Positions 18,515 to 28,228 of a stretch of 64,000 nucleotides of DNA are shown here, in pieces. A model generated the notes under the pieces. The model was not told the DNA's origin and did not search any database. It saw only the letters and a program-made list of their open reading frames with translations. Numbering within the stretch: position 1 is the first letter of the stretch; every line of letters starts with the position of its first letter. Made by a program: the position numbers and the translations under genes. The stretch covers positions 6,803 to 70,802 of the IMG/VR virus record IMGVR_UViG_3300044645_002754; one strand, written 5' to 3'. The stretch comes from a virus.

Positions 18515-21500
18515 TGCCTGAAGGTCCACCGCTCCTTCCCTCAGACAAGTACCTCGCCCAGATGCTCGGCCTCACCGAGGACGAGTACCGCTACTTCATG
18601 GCGGAGGTCCGGGCCAACGCCAGAGAACAACCCGCTCCTGCGGTGGAGGCCGGCCTCGAAACCCTGGTCACCATTGCTCTGGTGGCCACGCTGATCTCCA
18701 TCGGCCTGACCATCGCCGCCAGCTTCTTCAAGCCCAAGCCAGCCGAACCCCCGCGCCTCGCCTCGCGCAACCTCCAAGGCGACACGGTCAACAACATCCG
18801 CCGCTACGCCCCGCGCTACGGCTTCGACGCCCAGCAGGACATCATCCAGCTCGGCGACACGATCCCCCTTGTCTACGCAAGGCGCCAACTGATCAATGGC
18901 ACCTACTACGGCGGCATCCGCGTCAACCTGACCCTGCTCTGGTCCCAGCTCTGGAGCCTCGGTGGCAGCCAGCTCCTGCGTGCCATCTTCCTGCTGGCCG
19001 AGGGCGAGGTCGAAAGCATCGACACCAACGGCTTCGCCATCGGCAACAACTCCATTGGCAGCTACGACCTCGCCAACAACGCTGCCAACCAGTCCGGCTC
19101 CCGGATCACGATCTACTTCCGCCCCAACGGCGGCCGCATCCAATCCACCGACCGCATCGCCGGCCGCAGCGCCCTGGCCGACCCCGCCAACGCTGTCAAC
19201 TCCGGCGGCCTGGACGTCTACCAGCTGCGCTCCATCAACGGCGACTACGAATCCGACTTCTCCTACGCCACCAAACCCAGCACCCAGACGACGTTTGGCC
19301 TGTACAGCCCCATCGGCAATAACCTCGGGCTGCGCATCAACCCCCAAGTCCGCCCCAAAGTCCAAGCCCAGCTCAAAAAGAAGAACGATCAAGGCGACGC
19401 CCTGGTCGTCTGCGTCCTCGACATCACGGCCGACACCCTGCGCCAAAAGCAGAACGCCTTCTTCTCCAGCCGCAGTGGCCTGATCTCCGGTTCCGTCTCA
19501 ACGATTGGCGCCACCTGCACCTACCGTCTCGACGCGAGCTCGGACGCCAGCACAACCTTCAGCGCATCCGCGGGCGGCGAAACCCACGACGAGAAATGCG
19601 CTGACGTCGCCGCCACCGTTTCCGGCCGCCAGCGCACCTGGGACGACGCCATCACCGTCGGTGACATGTACCGGATCGGATCGGCCCTCGCGATCTGCAC
19701 TGCCCGCAACCCCTCCGACGACGTCTTCAACAGCGACGCCGACTTCCTGCCCCTCGGGGGCGGCACCAGCATCGAAGCCACCTTCACAGTGGTCCGCGCC
19801 GGCCAATCCGACTTCACCACAACCGCCGACATCACCGCCGACGGCAAATCCGGAGTCGCCCGCAAGACGGCCACCAACGGCAGCCACCTCTTCCGCGTCG
19901 CCCTCGGTGACGTCTCCACGATGCGAGCCTGCCGCATCCTCGAGATCGGCATCCGCTCCGGCCTCGGGGTCCGCATCAGCGGCCTCTGCAACTTCCGCGA
20001 CACCCTCACCTACACCGAGACCGACGGCAAAGCCTGTTACAACAAACAGGGCAGCACCATCAGCAGCGGCAACGTCCTCCAGGTCCAGCAGTACGCCAGC
20101 GGCTCGATGTCCTCCTCGGAGGAGCGCTACAGCTTCTTCCGCCTCTACTACCGCGAGTCCGGCACCAGCAACGAATTCACGATGCTCCCCCAGTGCTTCG
20201 GGGTCCGCAGCATCACCCAGCAGAGCGTCTTCAACTACCTGCGCATCCAAATGCCGCAGAACAAGCGCTGGGAATTCCGCTTCGAACCCCTGAGCGGCTG
20301 GGAAATCCGCAACAACATCGCTGTCGGCAACCTCGAAGTCCTCGACAGCCGCATCTCCACTGTCCGCACTGTCGACGACGGCAACGGCGTCTACATCAGC
20401 TTCAACGGCGAACAAGTCATCCGCTCCATCGAAACCTTCAAGCTCACCTGCGTCGAGCGCACCACCTCGATGGGTATGTCCTTCGCGGACGAAAACAGCT
20501 ACGTCGATGCCTGGGGCAAACTCGCCGAGACCTTCATCTACGAAGAAGTCGTCAGCAGCGCAGGCAGCAACGCCGAGCACGAGATCGTCTACGTCAACGA
20601 GATCGCCGAAAACCCCGTCGTCCCCACCTACGACAACCTGGCCATCGTCGGCATCAACGCCCGCTCCTCCGTGGAGTGGCAGAACTTCAGCCAGTTCTCT
20701 GCCTACGTCACCGGTGGCCTCAAGGTCCGCCGCCTCACCGAGAACGACACCCTCGGCTGCTCCCACCTCTTCCCCGACATCCTGCGGGACCTGCTCCTCT
20801 CCACCCGCTACGGCTCAGGCGACTCGATCACTGAGGACCAAATTGACACCGACGCCTTCCGCTACGCCGCCCAGTGGTGCGAGCAGCGCGGCTACTACTT
20901 CGACGGCGCCTTGGTCGGCCGCCAAAACCTGAGGGTCTGGGCCGCCGACGTCGCCGCCTACAGCCTCCTCGAATTCACGATCAAGGACGGCAAGTTCTCC
21001 CTGAGCCCCGCGCTGCGCTTCCCCTCCGAGGGCGCTGTCCCAATCAGGGCCCTGTTCACCGCGGGCAACATCGTCGAGAACACCTTCCGCCTGGAGTACA
21101 TGGACGAGGCGGACCGCCTCCCCATCCAAGCCTCCATCAAATGGAGGGAAGAACGCGCCAGCAACGACCCCACCAACCCCGGCCTCTTCCCCACCGAGCG
21201 CGAATTCCTGATCCGCGAAGCCTCAGGCTCCGCTACCGACACCATCGAGTCCTACGACCTCTCGGACTCTGTCACCAACAAGGCCCAGGCCATCGACTTC
21301 GGCAAGTACGTCCTGCGCATGCGCCGGGTGATCACGCACTCGGTCAAATTCCAGACCACCCCCGATGGCATCACCGCCGGCCTGGCCCCGGGTGATTTCA
21401 TCCGCGTGGCGATGGACGTCACCCACTACGACGAGTTCAACAACGGCATCGTCACCTCGGATGGCGTGCTGGTGAGCACCACACCCCTGGCCGACGGTCC

Positions 21501-21768
21501 TCACGACGTGATCGCCTGGAGCCGGGGCTCAACCCCGCCCCAAGACACCCAGCTCATCGTCAACAACGGCTTTGCTAGCCCCAAAAACATCATCTTTGCC
21601 GTCAAGCGGATCGACCGCCAGGTCCGTACCTACAAAGTGGAATCGATCAGCCTCACCGAGAACGGCGCCATCGACATCGAAGCCGTCCACTTCCCGACCG
21701 AAGCAAACGGCACTCTTAGCCTGACTAAGGACTGGGACGACCCCGCGGCCTGGGTCATAAGCGAATGA
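18514..21768 (+). CDS. Tail tip / central fibre protein (lambda J-like)
   Basis: 1084 aa; LGDTIPLVY, DLLLSTRYG, LFTAGNIVE and LAPGDFIRV motifs. Confidence 0.8.
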   Translation: MPEGPPLLPSDKYLAQMLGLTEDEYRYFMAEVRANAREQPAPAVEAGLETLVTIALVATLISIGLTIAASFFKPKPAEPPRLASRNLQGDTVNNIRRYAPRYGFDAQQDIIQLGDTIPLVYARRQLINGTYYGGIRVNLTLLWSQLWSLGGSQLLRAIFLLAEGEVESIDTNGFAIGNNSIGSYDLANNAANQSGSRITIYFRPNGGRIQSTDRIAGRSALADPANAVNSGGLDVYQLRSINGDYESDFSYATKPSTQTTFGLYSPIGNNLGLRINPQVRPKVQAQLKKKNDQGDALVVCVLDITADTLRQKQNAFFSSRSGLISGSVSTIGATCTYRLDASSDASTTFSASAGGETHDEKCADVAATVSGRQRTWDDAITVGDMYRIGSALAICTARNPSDDVFNSDADFLPLGGGTSIEATFTVVRAGQSDFTTTADITADGKSGVARKTATNGSHLFRVALGDVSTMRACRILEIGIRSGLGVRISGLCNFRDTLTYTETDGKACYNKQGSTISSGNVLQVQQYASGSMSSSEERYSFFRLYYRESGTSNEFTMLPQCFGVRSITQQSVFNYLRIQMPQNKRWEFRFEPLSGWEIRNNIAVGNLEVLDSRISTVRTVDDGNGVYISFNGEQVIRSIETFKLTCVERTTSMGMSFADENSYVDAWGKLAETFIYEEVVSSAGSNAEHEIVYVNEIAENPVVPTYDNLAIVGINARSSVEWQNFSQFSAYVTGGLKVRRLTENDTLGCSHLFPDILRDLLLSTRYGSGDSITEDQIDTDAFRYAAQWCEQRGYYFDGALVGRQNLRVWAADVAAYSLLEFTIKDGKFSLSPALRFPSEGAVPIRALFTAGNIVENTFRLEYMDEADRLPIQASIKWREERASNDPTNPGLFPTEREFLIREASGSATDTIESYDLSDSVTNKAQAIDFGKYVLRMRRVITHSVKFQTTPDGITAGLAPGDFIRVAMDVTHYDEFNNGIVTSDGVLVSTTPLADGPHDVIAWSRGSTPPQDTQLIVNNGFASPKNIIFAVKRIDRQVRTYKVESISLTENGAIDIEAVHFPTEANGTLSLTKDWDDPAAWVISE

Positions 21769-22157
21769 CCGTAGCTTTCCCCGCACTGCGCCCAAGCAAC
21801 CGCACCTACCAAGCGGGCCAATTCCCGGTGTCTGTGGTCACGGCCCAAAGCGGAGTCACCGTCCGCCGGCTCTACGCCAACAAGCGCAGCCGCTCCAGCC
21901 TCGATCTCGACTTCAGCAACATCAGCGATAGCGACGCCGCGGCGATCTTGGCCTGCTACGAACAGGCCCGTGGCACCTTCGACGACCTCACCCTTCCCGA
22001 AGAAGTCACCGCAGGAGCACAAAACGACCTCGCAGTCCTCTTGCGCGAGACCGGCTCCGGCCTGCGCTGGTATTTCAGCGAAGCCCCCAGCATCGAGAGC
22101 GCATTCAACGGCCGCAGTTCCGTGCGAGTGCGTCTCGAAGCCACTCGTAATCTGTAA
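21765..22157 (+). CDS. Minor tail protein
   Basis: Coupled ORF in the tail module. Confidence 0.6.
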   Translation: MTVAFPALRPSNRTYQAGQFPVSVVTAQSGVTVRRLYANKRSRSSLDLDFSNISDSDAAAILACYEQARGTFDDLTLPEEVTAGAQNDLAVLLRETGSGLRWYFSEAPSIESAFNGRSSVRVRLEATRNL

Positions 22158-22174
22158 TCACAAGGTCAACGGCA

Positions 22175-22570
22175 ATGGCAGTCCTTACCGCTTCCTATGC
22201 AGAGCTGCGTTGGAACGGGCAGCGCGTAGCCAAAGTCCGTGACCTCAGCCTGGACATCACCAAAGACGCCCTCGAAACCACCAGCCTCGGGGACCAAGAC
22301 CGCACCTATGTCGAGGGTGTGCGCGGCACCTCCGGCAGCGGCACCGTGCTCTACGACAACCAGGACGGTGGCACCGTCAACCTGCTGAACACCATCTTCA
22401 CCACCAAGACCAACCTCGACGCCCTGACCCTGTCGCTCAACACCACGCAAGGCATCCAATTCGAGGCCCCCGTTGTCCTGACAAGCGTCGGCGCCCAGAT
22501 CTCGACGGGCGAAGTGATCAGCTGCAGCATCCAGTTCCAACTGAGCGGCACCGTTAGCGGGAGGTTCTAA
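22175..22570 (+). CDS. Tail-tube-fold protein
   Basis: LSLDITKDALETTSLGD..RTYVEG..SGSGT resembles the tail tube fold. Confidence 0.65.
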   Translation: MAVLTASYAELRWNGQRVAKVRDLSLDITKDALETTSLGDQDRTYVEGVRGTSGSGTVLYDNQDGGTVNLLNTIFTTKTNLDALTLSLNTTQGIQFEAPVVLTSVGAQISTGEVISCSIQFQLSGTVSGRF

Positions 22571-23676
22571 TGCCCCTACTTGGACAAGGTGGCAGCCTCA
22601 AGCTCCGGCGCGGCTGGCCTGACGCAAGTGTGCTGAGCCCCAGCGGCGTCAACATCACCAACCGCAGCATCCTGCTGCGCAACCAAGCATTCTGGACCGG
22701 CGACGCCATCCGCATCGTCTGCGAGCCCGGCATCCCCTTCGACACCAACAACGACACCTACGCCGACTGCCCCGATGGCCACGGTGTCTACTACGGCAGC
22801 AACTGGGCTCTCGGTCCCAACCGCACCCACCTGACGAGCCCGACCTCGGCTTTCTACGCCGCCGGCAACCCGCAGTTCTACGCCCGCACCGCCTCCACCG
22901 GTTTCACCCAGGCCCTGAGCGTCTACATGCACCGCGACCAACTGGATCGCGTCAGCTTCTACAGCACCGAGGCCGCTGCCATCAACGGCGCCATGGCGGA
23001 TCGCCTCGTCTTTAAGGACGTGGATTTCGGCGCCATGATCGTCGCCGCCGACGGCAGCCCGGACTACCAAAACGCCCTGCTGGACTGCGCCGGCGACATC
23101 GGTGACTATCGCTTCTCCGACATTGAGGAGGAAGTCAGCCTGACCTCGATCTGCGACATGGCCCCAAGCTTCGCCCAGGCATACCCAGGCTCCGAGGACT
23201 ACGACAACGCCGAGGTCCTACCCGCCAACAGCGCCGAAGGCCGCCCCTGGAAAATCCAAGCCTGGCTGCGCGACTGGACCCTGAACCTCAGCGGTCCCGA
23301 GGTCGACACCACAGCCGTCGGCGAAAAGTTCGGCGACGCCGTCAAAGCCATCGTCACCGGCGGAGGCAGCCTGGACTTCATCATCGAGCGCACCTACCGC
23401 AGCGGCTACGAAGACCCCACCGGCCTGATGCGCCTGCTTCTCCTCGTACAGAACGGCTGCAAGGCAGAAGCAAAGTTTTACTTGGTTGAGAACAGAACTG
23501 GCACTGCAGCGAACAACACTTGCACTCCAGAGCAACGCCTTGCAGGAGATCTCTACTACCAGTGCGACATTCTGATCACCTCCTCGGCCATCAACACGAG
23601 GGCGGAAGACATGATCGCCGGCTCCGCTGACTTCGTCACAACAGGCCCAATCGCCCTCAAGATGGGCGCTGCATAG
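22570..23676 (+). CDS. Structural protein with a tail-tube-like C-terminal domain
   Basis: DWTLNLSGPEVDTTAVGE..TGGGSLDF motif. Confidence 0.6.
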   Translation: MPLLGQGGSLKLRRGWPDASVLSPSGVNITNRSILLRNQAFWTGDAIRIVCEPGIPFDTNNDTYADCPDGHGVYYGSNWALGPNRTHLTSPTSAFYAAGNPQFYARTASTGFTQALSVYMHRDQLDRVSFYSTEAAAINGAMADRLVFKDVDFGAMIVAADGSPDYQNALLDCAGDIGDYRFSDIEEEVSLTSICDMAPSFAQAYPGSEDYDNAEVLPANSAEGRPWKIQAWLRDWTLNLSGPEVDTTAVGEKFGDAVKAIVTGGGSLDFIIERTYRSGYEDPTGLMRLLLLVQNGCKAEAKFYLVENRTGTAANNTCTPEQRLAGDLYYQCDILITSSAINTRAEDMIAGSADFVTTGPIALKMGAA

Positions 23677-23714
23677 CGGCGATAGATTGCGCTTAGCGTA
23701 TAAGCCGATCTCGC

Positions 23715-26700
23715 GTGGCCCAACTGACGAAGGCTGGTGCCTCGGGTGCCCTTGATGACATCAATGCGACGCAGTCCCAGTTCCGCGGACAAATGGGCGT
23801 CGTGGTTGACGCTCTCAAGCAAGTCATCGGCAACGCAAATATCGATGCAGCATCTGCAAGCGCCAGTTTTCTCAACTACCGCTACGTCCTTTACGTCAAC
23901 CCAATAACAGGCTCAGACGATTACGCCAGCGGCAACTACAACGCAAATACATCACCCCCAATCGTCAACCAGCAGCTGACCTGCGGTTACACAGCCCTAC
24001 GCCCGTTCAAAACCCTCAACCGAGCCCTCGCCGAGGCCGCCCGCCTCTCCATCCAGCTCGGCAGCAGCAACGACGATTACGACCGCGTTGTTGTCCACTG
24101 CTCGGTCGGTGAGCACATCATCGACAACGCTGTCGCAGACACGGTGGTCGCCGCCTGGAGCGACGGCACCCCGAGCGCGGCCCAGCTCCGCTCCTTCAAC
24201 AAGTCCAGCAAGGCTGGCCTGATCCTGCCCCGCGGCGTCTCGATCATCGGCGAGGACCTGCGCAAGACCGTCATCCGCCCGGCCTTCGTCCCCGCCTCCA
24301 ACGGCAACGCCTCAACCGGGCGCAGCGCCATCTTCCGGATCACGGGCGGATCGTTCTTCTTCAACTTCACCTTCAAGGACAACCTCAGCACAGCCAGCAG
24401 CCACCACCTGCTGAGCTGCTTCGAGTTCTGCAACGCGACCGACCTCCAGGAGTACTACGACAAGATCGAGACCGCCTTTGGCCTGAACACAACGGCCTCG
24501 GAGATCCGCCCCGGCGAGACCGAGATCGTGGCCCCTGCCCCTGCCGGCACCCCCACCAACGCCACCGACACGACCGTCGGCTCGTCGCCCTACGTCTTCA
24601 ACTGCTCGGTCCGCTCCGACTACGGCCTCTGCGGCATCTACGCCGACGGCAACGAAGTCACCGGCCTCCAATCCCTGGTCTGCGCCCAGTTCACCAACGT
24701 CTCCCTCCAAAAAGACCTGAGCGCCTGGGAGCTGTACTCCGGTGGCAACTGGGTCTCGATCTCGACCTACAGCGAATACATCAACGCGGACATCAACAAC
24801 ATCCGCCTGAAGGTCTCCGGCAACTTCGACCCCCAGACCGGCACCTACGCCACTGACTACCGCAGCTTTGCCTTCAAGGCCATCCGAGGCGCCTTCATCC
24901 AGGAGGTCTCGAACTTCGTCATCGGCGATGCCGTCCACCACTGGAGCTCCAGCGGCGGCGAGATCTCGATGAACAACAGCAACAGCTCGTTCGGCCACTA
25001 CGCGCTGTTGTCCGACAACTTCCGTGGCTGTGGCACCGGCTCCGGCTCCCTCCCCCAGGACAGCGGCTTCGCCACCCGCGCCGTGCGTCGCCCCCTCCAA
25101 ATCAAGACCGACGGCACCAACCTTCGCCAGATCACCCTGGGCACCCTGTCGAGCAACGCTTACGTCTCTGCGAGCGGCTACATCGAGCTCAGCTCGAACA
25201 TCGACATCGCCGCCCTGCTGACCTCCGAGGGCTACAGCCTCAAGGAAGACCATTACATCTGGATCGAGAACCTGAACCGCGAGGTCGGCCCTGGCTACAT
25301 CCCCGGCAACATCCCCGGCTCCACGGCGGTCAACGTCCGCGCTCAGCTCGCCGCCACGCCGTTCAACAGCGCGACACCCAACCGCATCTACGTCAAGGCC
25401 AACGGCAACAACAACATCTCCACGATCACCAACACCGAGCTCGCGGGCAACCGCGTCTTCCTGCGCCGCATCGTCGACACCCGCTCCGCCGAAGAACGCG
25501 AATACGCCCTGATCATCAGCAACAGCAACCTCACCAGCAGCCGCCGGCCAGTCGGAAACTTCGTTTTCCGCGTCGACGGCGCTGGTTCAGTGGCCAACCA
25601 GCTCGACCCCACCAACGGTGCCAACGAGGTCTTCATCATCAGCGACGTCGAGACCACCACAGTCAGCGCCCCCATCGCCAGCACCAACTACTACAAGGTG
25701 ACGCTGCGCCCAGGTGATTCTGCCTCCAGCTTCACCGCAAACACCTACTACCGCCCAGCTGACCCGGTCGTCCAAAACAACCGAGTACGCAAGCGCAAAT
25801 CCAGCGGATCCGACGCCTCATTTGACAGCAGCAACTGGGTCGACGCAGCCGTCCTGCTCCCCGACGCCCGCGGCATCGAACTCAGCCGGGGAAACATCGC
25901 TCCCCAAATCATCCTCGACAAGGACGTCAGCAACGACCCCACCAGCACCACGCTTGGGATCACCTTCGCCACTGACTCCGATTACCTGGCCCAACTGCGC
26001 AGCAGCGCCGACTTCATTGCGATCGGCCTGCTGATGTCCAAGCTGGGCTACAGCAACACGGACACGGGATACGAGCAGGCCAGCATGGCCTCCAAGATCC
26101 TCGAACCGCAAACCAGCTCGTCTACCCGGGACTGGAACCCAGCGGATGCAGCCTCGCCCGCTCCGAACGGCAAGCTCACCGCCAAAGCAGCCTGGCCCAC
26201 GGCCTTCAACCGCCCGAGCCTGGTCCGTGCCTTCGGCCAAGCCTTCGAGTGGGTGGGCTACGGCAACTACACCAAAGCCATCCCCCGCTACCAATTCACG
26301 ACGCTCAGCGACCAGTTGCGCATCGACGCGCTGAGCATGAGCGTCCGCGGTGGCCGGGTCTACAACACCGGTTTCACCGAGGACGGCCTGCTTGTCCAAG
26401 GTGACCAGATCCGCGACCTTTCTACCGGCCGTGATCTCTCGACCGACTCCGTCGGCCTGGGTGGGCTGAACGGCGACCAGTTCATCCCCACGTATTTCAA
26501 CAGCAACATCACCATCGGTGGCACCCTCAACGTCCAAGGGGCCACGACGCTCGGCGGCAGCCTTGCCGTAACCGGTCAAGTCACCCAGATGACCTTTGCC
26601 TCAGGTGTTCTGCCTGACGCAAGCACAACCCAGAGAGGCATCATCGAGATCGCCACCGCAGACGAGGTCAAAGCCTTCGTCTCGGACACCCTCGCGGTTA

Positions 26701-27617
26701 CCCCCGCCACCTTGATCCAGGCTCTGGGCGACGCCATCAAGAGCGTGGTCAATCTGCGCCTGAGCCTTTCCAGCAGCAGTGCTGTACCGAGCGCGAACCA
26801 AGCAAACTCGACCTCGCTCTACGTCCATCCCTACAACGGCAACGAGCTCGCGCTCTACAACAGCAGCCTGCAGCGTTGGTACGTGCTCAAGTTCAGCGGC
26901 GTCCAAACCTTCAGTCTGAGCCCAGCCAACACCCCCAACCAGAACTACGACGTCTACCTGTACAACTCAGGAACGATCCTCAACCCTGTGCTGGCCATTG
27001 ACTTCGCAGCCTGGAGTGGGGACACCACGCCTCCGGCCCGTACCACGCAAGACGGGGTTATCTGCAAGAACAACAACGCGGAGCGTCGTCTCGTCGGTGT
27101 GCTGCGCACCACTTCTGCGGGTACAAGCACCATCGATCTCGGTGGGACCATCGCTGCGGCCAACAGCGCCAGTTTCCCCCGCATCTATCTCTCGAACCTG
27201 TACAACACGTATGACGCAAGGGCCGTCTACTTCTTCGGCTCCAGCTGGAACGTGACGCAGTGGCCCGCTTGGAGCGTGGTCCCGACCTCGGTCTACGCCA
27301 CCAACCCACGCATCAGCTGGGTGCAGGCAAGCGACACTCTCGCAACGGCGTTCCTGGACATCTACAACAATCCGGGAGCCGCTGGGAACGCAGCAGGCGC
27401 AGTTTGTTATGTCGCTCCAGGCATTGATAGCACTTCGGGCCCCCCTGATGACGCCTTCTACGGCGAAGTGCAGTCCGACAACAGCACTGCAGGTTCCCAG
27501 TGGATGCGCGCACTATCAGCGGGCAAACACGACCTCTACTACTTGTACAAGCAAAGCGGTGCGTCCGTGATCAACGAGCACCCTGCTCACGGAATGATCG
27601 TCTCTGTCAAGGTGTAA
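23715..27617 (+). CDS. Large tail fibre / spike protein
   Basis: 1300 aa; LYVNP..GSDD, RPFKTLNRAL and LPRGVSIIGEDLRKT motifs of cyanophage-like structural proteins. Confidence 0.75.
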   Translation: MAQLTKAGASGALDDINATQSQFRGQMGVVVDALKQVIGNANIDAASASASFLNYRYVLYVNPITGSDDYASGNYNANTSPPIVNQQLTCGYTALRPFKTLNRALAEAARLSIQLGSSNDDYDRVVVHCSVGEHIIDNAVADTVVAAWSDGTPSAAQLRSFNKSSKAGLILPRGVSIIGEDLRKTVIRPAFVPASNGNASTGRSAIFRITGGSFFFNFTFKDNLSTASSHHLLSCFEFCNATDLQEYYDKIETAFGLNTTASEIRPGETEIVAPAPAGTPTNATDTTVGSSPYVFNCSVRSDYGLCGIYADGNEVTGLQSLVCAQFTNVSLQKDLSAWELYSGGNWVSISTYSEYINADINNIRLKVSGNFDPQTGTYATDYRSFAFKAIRGAFIQEVSNFVIGDAVHHWSSSGGEISMNNSNSSFGHYALLSDNFRGCGTGSGSLPQDSGFATRAVRRPLQIKTDGTNLRQITLGTLSSNAYVSASGYIELSSNIDIAALLTSEGYSLKEDHYIWIENLNREVGPGYIPGNIPGSTAVNVRAQLAATPFNSATPNRIYVKANGNNNISTITNTELAGNRVFLRRIVDTRSAEEREYALIISNSNLTSSRRPVGNFVFRVDGAGSVANQLDPTNGANEVFIISDVETTTVSAPIASTNYYKVTLRPGDSASSFTANTYYRPADPVVQNNRVRKRKSSGSDASFDSSNWVDAAVLLPDARGIELSRGNIAPQIILDKDVSNDPTSTTLGITFATDSDYLAQLRSSADFIAIGLLMSKLGYSNTDTGYEQASMASKILEPQTSSSTRDWNPADAASPAPNGKLTAKAAWPTAFNRPSLVRAFGQAFEWVGYGNYTKAIPRYQFTTLSDQLRIDALSMSVRGGRVYNTGFTEDGLLVQGDQIRDLSTGRDLSTDSVGLGGLNGDQFIPTYFNSNITIGGTLNVQGATTLGGSLAVTGQVTQMTFASGVLPDASTTQRGIIEIATADEVKAFVSDTLAVTPATLIQALGDAIKSVVNLRLSLSSSSAVPSANQANSTSLYVHPYNGNELALYNSSLQRWYVLKFSGVQTFSLSPANTPNQNYDVYLYNSGTILNPVLAIDFAAWSGDTTPPARTTQDGVICKNNNAERRLVGVLRTTSAGTSTIDLGGTIAAANSASFPRIYLSNLYNTYDARAVYFFGSSWNVTQWPAWSVVPTSVYATNPRISWVQASDTLATAFLDIYNNPGAAGNAAGAVCYVAPGIDSTSGPPDDAFYGEVQSDNSTAGSQWMRALSAGKHDLYYLYKQSGASVINEHPAHGMIVSVKV

Positions 27618-27619
27618 CC

Positions 27620-27817
27620 ATGGCCAAAGCCAAGCTCAAAATCACCACCGCCCAATGGGCAGGGCCTGACCAGTCACTGGTCCGCCTGACCTTCAGCGAT
27701 GGCACCACCTTCGCCACCTACCCCGAGGACGGCAGCCCTGACATCTACGCCGACGTCCTTCTGCGTGAATGGCTCGCCGCCGGCAACGAAATAGCGCCTG
27801 CACCCGAGGCTCCATAG
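27620..27817 (+). CDS. Small fibre-associated protein
   Basis: EWLAAGNEIAPA motif shared with 33537 and 34873. Confidence 0.65.
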   Translation: MAKAKLKITTAQWAGPDQSLVRLTFSDGTTFATYPEDGSPDIYADVLLREWLAAGNEIAPAPEAP

Positions 27818-27860
27818 CCTTGAAGTAGCCCGGAATCGGGCCTCTTCGCCTGCATAGGCC

Positions 27861-28169
27861 ATGTCACTTCAGATCCGCCTCAAGAACAGCGGCGTCCAGG
27901 GCAAAGAGCCCCTCGCCGCCGACCTCGCGTACTCCGAGCTCGCCATCAACTGGAACGCGGCGGAGCCCTTCCTCGCGATCAAGGACAGCAACAACGTAAT
28001 CCGCCGCATCGCCGGGGTTCGCATCGGGAACACTGCTCCAGCGACCCCGAGCCCGGGCGAATTCTGGATCGACACGAGCACGACGGTTTACAGCAGCCCT
28101 GTCTTCCGCGCCTACGTCGACAACACCATCGGGTGGCTAACGCTCAACACCGACGACGGCACGTTCTGA
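27861..28169 (+). CDS. Small fibre adaptor-like protein
   Basis: N-terminal IRLKNS..KEP..L.YSELAIN; C-terminal DDGTF. Confidence 0.7.
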   Translation: MSLQIRLKNSGVQGKEPLAADLAYSELAINWNAAEPFLAIKDSNNVIRRIAGVRIGNTAPATPSPGEFWIDTSTTVYSSPVFRAYVDNTIGWLTLNTDDGTF

Positions 28170-28228
28170 GCGCTTTCCCCCCTCCATAACTTGGGATGTA
28201 ACGCTCATCCCCTCGGGGAGTTAAGAGC

